Source: an uncultured Acidobacteriota bacterium
Lineage (GTDB): Bacteria; Acidobacteriota; UBA6911; RPQK01; JAPXNP01
Assembly (NCBI GenBank): GCA_963777605.1
Contig: CAVZRV010000029.1
Location: forward strand, 320,001 to 384,000
Direction: 5' to 3'
Length of the DNA stretch: 64,000 bases
Part shown: piece by piece, positions 58,811 through 64,000 of the stretch
How positions within the stretch are numbered: position 1 is the stretch's first letter
Layout of the letters: each line of letters starts with the position of its first letter
Position numbers and translations under genes: made by a program
Notes under the pieces: model-generated
The model's database searches: none
Told to the model about the DNA's origin: nothing
The model's input: the letters and a program-made list of their open reading frames with translations, nothing else

Positions 58811-59236
58811 ATGCTGATCAAACTGGGTGTTGGACTGCTTGCGACTGTGTCGGCGTTGACCATGGCTCTGGCGATTGCCGTTTTCCAGGCCGGCTTCGCG
58901 ACAGTCGAGTTCGAGTCTCCGGATTCTCCGTCCATCTATCTTCCCGTTCCTCTGGCTGCAGTGGACGCTGTCATGGCATTCGTGCCCGAAGAGGACCTGG
59001 CCGATGCCCGGAGGGAGTTGGAACAATATCGACCGGTGATTGAGGCCGTCCTTTCAGAATTGAGAAACTGCCCTGATGTCACCCTGGTCGAGGTTATGGA
59101 GCGGGACGAGATGGTCCTGGTCGTCAAGGAGGGAGCTGAACTTCGGATCAATGTGGATCGGAGAGGCCACGAGCGGGTTCGGGTTCGGATTCCCGTCGAG
59201 GGCATTCAACATACTTTTGCCGCGCTCATGAACTAG
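58811..59236 (+). CDS. Membrane-anchored hypothetical protein resembling the upstream gene
   Basis: N-terminal TM; IYLPVPLAAVDAVM and VRVRIPVEGI motifs; starts 5 bp after the previous stop. Confidence 0.72.
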   Translation: MLIKLGVGLLATVSALTMALAIAVFQAGFATVEFESPDSPSIYLPVPLAAVDAVMAFVPEEDLADARRELEQYRPVIEAVLSELRNCPDVTLVEVMERDEMVLVVKEGAELRINVDRRGHERVRVRIPVEGIQHTFAALMN

Positions 59237-59252
59237 CGTGGTCCGTTCAAGG

Positions 59253-61574
59253 TCAGGTGCGAACCATGGTCAGGAGGATGGTCGCACTCGTTCCGAAAAC
59301 TACGTTCGGACCCCAGGCCGCCAAGATGGGAGCCAGCAACCCGTTGGCTCCCAGGACGTCGAAGACGCCAAACGCTCCCCAGTAGGCAATCCCCAGAAGG
59401 ACTCCCGCCGCGATTCCGTAGAGTCGGCCCTTTCGTCCCATGGTAAGGGCAAATGGAACTCCCAGGAGCGCCATGATCACGTTGACGATGGGGAAAGACA
59501 GCTTTTTGTAGAGTTCCGTCTTCAGGTAATCGACCTCGAAGCCACCGATCTGCAGGTTCTCGATGTACTTTCTCAGCTCTTTAAAGGTCATCTTGCTGGA
59601 GTCACGAACCTGCTCGTCAAAGAACTCGGGGCGTTCTGAAAACTCGAAGCTCTGGGCATGGAACGCTGAGAAGTTCTGATTCCTGAAGTCCCGATACCAG
59701 CCGTTCCTGAGCAACCAGTCCTCGCGAACCGAGTCCCACTCGGCCTGGTGGGCAAACACCATCTCGGCGATTTCGTCGTGTTTGAAATCCAGTTGATAGA
59801 CGGACAGTTCGACGAAAGTCCTCCGCTTGAAACTGAACAGGTAGTAGTTGTAGAGGCGGCCGTCCTCGCCGAAAATCCAGTGGCGTCCCGGTTGCGAGAT
59901 CTGTGTTGGACTGCCCTTGATCGTGTTGCGGAGGCTGTCCTGACGCTGGTTGGCGTAGGGCAGCACGTATTCCTGGAGCACGAAAATGAAACCACTCACC
60001 ATCAGGGCGAGAACAATGACCGGTATGGCGATTCGATAGATACTGATGCCGCACGATTTGAACGCGGTGATCTGGTTGAATTTCTCGAGAGATCCGAAGG
60101 TCACAAGAGTCGCGATCAGGACCGAGATCGGCACCAGCAACATCAGGAGGTGAGGCTGGAGAAAAACGAAGTAGTTGATCACGACGCGATACGAGATGCT
60201 GTTCCGAAAGATGTCGTCGATGACCTCAAAGAAGGTGAAGAGGCACACCAGCAAGTCGCAGACCAGGAGAATCACCAAGAAATTGGCCAGGAACGAACGC
60301 ACCATGAATAGATCGACAATTCGTGCCAGGCGGAACCTGATGACCGGAAGCCTCCAGGATCGCTGTTCCATGCGGGAGCGAACTCCGGTAATAACGTTGC
60401 CTAACCGGGCGCGCCAGCGCTCGATCACACAGGTGATACAAACCGCGGCCGCCGTATTGGCAAGCCGGTGAAGAATCGGGGAATCGTGCTCGGCAAACCG
60501 CAGCGACGCAACCGCCAGCGCCCCCGCAAACAGATTGGCCCCCCAGACCCCCAGCCAGATTGGGAGGACTCCGTTCTTGCTCAGGCTGCTGCCCGTCGCG
60601 AAAAGGATGTAGTAGATGAAGGCCAGAGTGACGCTGATGATCAGCCCGTAGCCCCTTCCTTTGCGAGGTGTCCGGACTCCGAAGGTTACGGCCAGGACCG
60701 CGAAGACAAGGGCTGCTAAGGGAAGCGCGATACGACGGTTCAACTCCACCCAGTCTTCGTGCGAGTTCTCCCCGTCGGGGGAGCGCAGCCTGTTTACGAT
60801 ATCCATCAGGGTCATGTCACGATCCCGCTTGACTTCGATTCCTTCAGGCTCGCCTTGAGGTCGATCGATCGGGATGTCGAGCGTCGCAAACCGGCTCATC
60901 GTGATTCGCTCAGGATTCTGCTTGGAGACGGTATAGGCCGTACCCGACTCGAAGTGCAGTTGAATCCGCTGTCCCTTCTCGTCGCTGAGCAGGCGACCTC
61001 TGCGGGCCAGGATCACGCGTTCCTCGTCCAGGGCCGACGAATCGGCCAGAAAGATACCGTCCCAGGTCTCGGTGTTCAGATCGATGTCTTCGACGTAGAG
61101 CAGCGTGTTGGGGAACTCTTCGAAAAACACCCTCGGCTTGATCTGGTTGTAGGTAGGAGTGATCTGAACACTGTGACGGAGCAGTCGAAGTTGCCAATTG
61201 CCTTCCGGTGAAAGGTAGAAGGTGAACACAGCCGTCGCTACCACCACGCCCACCGCCACGGTCATGACGGGGCGAAGCATCTGGTAGACGCTCACTCCCC
61301 CTGCGCGCATCGCGATTACTTCACTGTCAGACGAAAGCCGGCTGAAGCCGATCAGGGTTCCGATCAGAAAGGCAAACGGCACCGTGAATACGAGAATCGT
61401 CGGGAGCAGGTAGAGAACCACACGGGCGACGGTCACTGGCTCGGCGCTCCGCTGGATCAGTAGCTCTGCGAGCCGTCCGAACTCCCGAGTGAACACGACG
61501 AAGGTCAACACCGTCAGCGTGATGACGAAGGGACCTCGAGTTTCGCCCTGAATAATCCGGTGGAGCCTACGCAT
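59253..61574 (-). CDS. lptF/lptG: Fused LPS export ABC transporter permease LptF-LptG
   Basis: Two YjgP/YjgQ halves: SRLSSDSEVIAMRAGGVS...RRIALP and LEKFNQITAFKSCGISIYR...KKLSFP...LAAWGPN. Start ATG 61574 (MRRLHR). Confidence 0.9.
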   Translation of the reverse strand: MRRLHRIIQGETRGPFVITLTVLTFVVFTREFGRLAELLIQRSAEPVTVARVVLYLLPTILVFTVPFAFLIGTLIGFSRLSSDSEVIAMRAGGVSVYQMLRPVMTVAVGVVVATAVFTFYLSPEGNWQLRLLRHSVQITPTYNQIKPRVFFEEFPNTLLYVEDIDLNTETWDGIFLADSSALDEERVILARRGRLLSDEKGQRIQLHFESGTAYTVSKQNPERITMSRFATLDIPIDRPQGEPEGIEVKRDRDMTLMDIVNRLRSPDGENSHEDWVELNRRIALPLAALVFAVLAVTFGVRTPRKGRGYGLIISVTLAFIYYILFATGSSLSKNGVLPIWLGVWGANLFAGALAVASLRFAEHDSPILHRLANTAAAVCITCVIERWRARLGNVITGVRSRMEQRSWRLPVIRFRLARIVDLFMVRSFLANFLVILLVCDLLVCLFTFFEVIDDIFRNSISYRVVINYFVFLQPHLLMLLVPISVLIATLVTFGSLEKFNQITAFKSCGISIYRIAIPVIVLALMVSGFIFVLQEYVLPYANQRQDSLRNTIKGSPTQISQPGRHWIFGEDGRLYNYYLFSFKRRTFVELSVYQLDFKHDEIAEMVFAHQAEWDSVREDWLLRNGWYRDFRNQNFSAFHAQSFEFSERPEFFDEQVRDSSKMTFKELRKYIENLQIGGFEVDYLKTELYKKLSFPIVNVIMALLGVPFALTMGRKGRLYGIAAGVLLGIAYWGAFGVFDVLGANGLLAPILAAWGPNVVFGTSATILLTMVRT

Positions 61575-61641
61575 TGGTTCGAACCTTAGAGATTCTAACA
61601 ATTTGAAAACCCCCGGCTCAAACCCGGACAATAGCGGCAGG

Positions 61642-62262
61642 ATGGAATTGGTCGATCTGGGCAGAATGTCCTGGGATGAGGCATACGAGCTTCAGCTCAA
61701 GGCCGTCGAGGAGGTAGCCTCTGGAGGGGCGGAACGAGTCCACCTGGTCGAGCACCCGAACGTCTTCACATTGGGTCGTCGGGCAGACGATGCGAACCTG
61801 CTGGCCCAGGACGCGGTCGGCCGAGGTGAGATCGACGTCCGGCGAATCAACCGGGGGGGAGACATTACTTACCATGGCCCCGGACAGCTGGTCGGCTACC
61901 CCCACATCGACCTCCGGAGGAGGAACCGGGATCTCCATCGATATCTGCGGGATCTGGAATCTGCTTTGATCGACGCGTCCGCCGTTTTCGGGGTTCGCGG
62001 CTACCGGAGAGATGGGCTGACCGGCGTCTGGACCGACGGAGGCAAGTTGGCTTCGATCGGCGTCGGCGTCCGACGGTGGGTGACGTTCCACGGATTTGCG
62101 CTCAACGTGAGTACCGACCTGAGCTACTTCAGTCTGATCAATCCATGCGGTATCAAGGACTGTCCCATGACGTCACTGGAGCGGGAGTCCGGGGCGCGAG
62201 CCCCAATGGAGGAGGTGAAGCAAGCGGTGGTTGGTTCACTGCGTGAGATATTCCGCCGCTGA
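61642..62262 (+). CDS. lipB: Octanoyltransferase
   Basis: EHPNVFTLGR, RGGDITYHGPGQLVGYP, KLASIG, HGFALNV, INPCG. Confidence 0.95.
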   Translation: MELVDLGRMSWDEAYELQLKAVEEVASGGAERVHLVEHPNVFTLGRRADDANLLAQDAVGRGEIDVRRINRGGDITYHGPGQLVGYPHIDLRRRNRDLHRYLRDLESALIDASAVFGVRGYRRDGLTGVWTDGGKLASIGVGVRRWVTFHGFALNVSTDLSYFSLINPCGIKDCPMTSLERESGARAPMEEVKQAVVGSLREIFRR

Positions 62263-62446
62263 AACTTCAAATGGATGTGCTGAAGATCCTGGACGAATCG
62301 CGCTATCGGCTCGAACCAGACCCTGCTGCAGTCGTCGGAATAGTCAAGAGCCGTGGCGTTCGGCGGGATCCTGGTCGCACTCTTTGTGCACAACTCGTCT
62401 TAAACCGTTACGGGCAAGGCAGCTTTGTTCGTGTCCCGAAAACCGC

Positions 62447-63940
62447 CTACTGGAGCGGGACGGGCGATGCGGAAAACTTGAAGAGGTTGATGCCCCAGGC
62501 GGTCGGGAGCCAGAACACCACGATCGAGACCAGGACGGCCGTGCCAATGAGGATCAGGATTGAGCCGATCCGAACCATCTGGGAAATGGTAACCCTTCGA
62601 CTGCTGAACACAATGGCGTTGGGCGGTGTTGAAACCGGCATCATGAACGCGAACGACGCTCCGACTGCGACCGTCACCATGAGTCCGTAGGGATGGAGGT
62701 GAACCGCCTCGGCAAAAGCGCCGACCACGGGCAGGGTTACCGACGCGGTGGCCGTGTTGGACGCGATCTCGGTCATGAGGATCACGGTCAGGGCGACTAC
62801 CGCGATGAGGACAATCGGGTTGATCCAACCGAGTCCGCGAAGGGCTCCCGCAATCCATTCCGAAAGGCCGCTGCTGCTGAACCCGTCGGCAAGGGCGAAG
62901 CCGCCTCCGAAGAGAATGATGATATCCCAGGGCAGCTTGACGGCGGTCTTCCAGTCGAGGAGAAAGACACCCCGTTTCCAGTCCGAGGGAATCAGAAAGA
63001 GCGCCGTCGCCCCCACAATCGCGATCGTGGCATCACCGACCATGGACAGGGCCTTCCATGGAACCATTCCCCGAAAGATCCAGGCGCCCGCCACCACCAG
63101 AAAGACTGCCAGGACCCACTTCTGCTCCTTTGAGACCGGTCCCAGCTTGTGAAGTTCTTCCCGGATCAGCTTGCGCCCGCCGGGGAGTTTGTCGATTTCG
63201 CTCCTGCAGGCGAACCGTGTGAGGTACAGCCAGGTCAAGATCAGCATGATGACGGAAATCGGCAGCCCCACCTTCATCCAGGCCACGAAACTGATGCTCT
63301 GCCCATAGGTCTTTTCGATGACCCCTGCGAGGATCGCGTTCGGAGGTGTGCCGATCAGCGTCGCCACGCCGCCGATGGATGCTCCGTAGGCGATGCCCAG
63401 CATCAGGGAGGTGCCGAACCTGAACTCGTGCTCGCGTCCCGTGTACTCGTCTTCGAGCCCGGCCATGACGAGGGCCTGGCCGACGACGGCCACTCCGATC
63501 GGGAGCATCATCATCGTCGTCGCCGTGTTGCTGATCCACATGGAGAGGGAGGCTGTCGCGATCATGAATCCCAGTACGATCCGGTTGGGGCTGACACCGA
63601 CCATCGCGATGGTCATCAGGGCCAGTCGACGATGAAGGCCCCAGCGCTCGATGGTGACGGCGATCAGGAACCCGCCGAGGTAGAGATAGATCAGGTGGTT
63701 GGCGTAGGAGGGCGTCACTTGCGCGGAGGGCATCACCCCGAGAATCGGAAACAGCGCGATGGGAAGGAGTGCTGTCGCTGGAATGGGGATCGCCTCGGTG
63801 ATCCACCAGGTCGCCATCAGAGCCGTGACTCCCGCGACCCGCCAGGCGGTGAGCGGCATCTGCTCGGGTTGGGGCACGATCAGGAATAGCAGAAAGAGAA
63901 CCGGGCCGAGAAAGAGGCCAATTGTCTTGCGATGCCGCAT
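62447..63940 (-). CDS. SLC13/DASS family sodium-coupled dicarboxylate/sulfate symporter
   Basis: WWITEAIP, LHRRLAL, SMWISNTATT, IGTPPN, TEIASNTATA, VSTPPN. Confidence 0.93.
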   Translation of the reverse strand: MRHRKTIGLFLGPVLFLLFLIVPQPEQMPLTAWRVAGVTALMATWWITEAIPIPATALLPIALFPILGVMPSAQVTPSYANHLIYLYLGGFLIAVTIERWGLHRRLALMTIAMVGVSPNRIVLGFMIATASLSMWISNTATTMMMLPIGVAVVGQALVMAGLEDEYTGREHEFRFGTSLMLGIAYGASIGGVATLIGTPPNAILAGVIEKTYGQSISFVAWMKVGLPISVIMLILTWLYLTRFACRSEIDKLPGGRKLIREELHKLGPVSKEQKWVLAVFLVVAGAWIFRGMVPWKALSMVGDATIAIVGATALFLIPSDWKRGVFLLDWKTAVKLPWDIIILFGGGFALADGFSSSGLSEWIAGALRGLGWINPIVLIAVVALTVILMTEIASNTATASVTLPVVGAFAEAVHLHPYGLMVTVAVGASFAFMMPVSTPPNAIVFSSRRVTISQMVRIGSILILIGTAVLVSIVVFWLPTAWGINLFKFSASPVPLQ

Positions 63941-64000
63941 GGGGCGCTCATCTCCAATCCTGATCGTTCAGTCCCAACGATGTTGCAGTTGCAGAACCAG

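Noticed and set aside
62271-62690. 139-aa plus-strand ORF after lipB
   Set aside because: Mostly antisense to the SLC13 gene, with no motif or clear RBS.

Overview
GC-rich bacterial chromosome segment, most likely Acidobacteriota. This is inferred from a GWxTD protein, an Oar-type TonB-dependent receptor, many secreted TPR proteins, an acidobacterial-type VWA protein and a fused LptF-LptG. About 46 genes. Housekeeping and envelope genes include lpxD, murJ, xerD, mqnC, argR-argH, metK, lipB and alpha-2-macroglobulin with pbpC. No rRNA, tRNA, CRISPR array, transposase or phage gene was seen. About ten single-base frame breaks, mostly in short homopolymers, suggest an unpolished assembly, and several ORF-track calls are truncated, extended or fused as a result. 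Best leads: (1) a locus of five orphan radical SAM enzymes (two B12-binding, three Twitch/SPASM) with two GT-C membrane glycosyltransferases, a GT2, a secreted PIG-L deacetylase and a PI-PLC/GDPD-like enzyme, just downstream of metK; (2) a block bracketed by two sigma54-type promoters, holding a P3A-type H+-ATPase, a USP and an unannotated 40-aa membrane peptide; (3) a structured RNA candidate upstream of metK; (4) a family of GNNA-loop REP-like palindromes flanking a TlpA gene. All functional calls come from motif recognition only; no database search was run.
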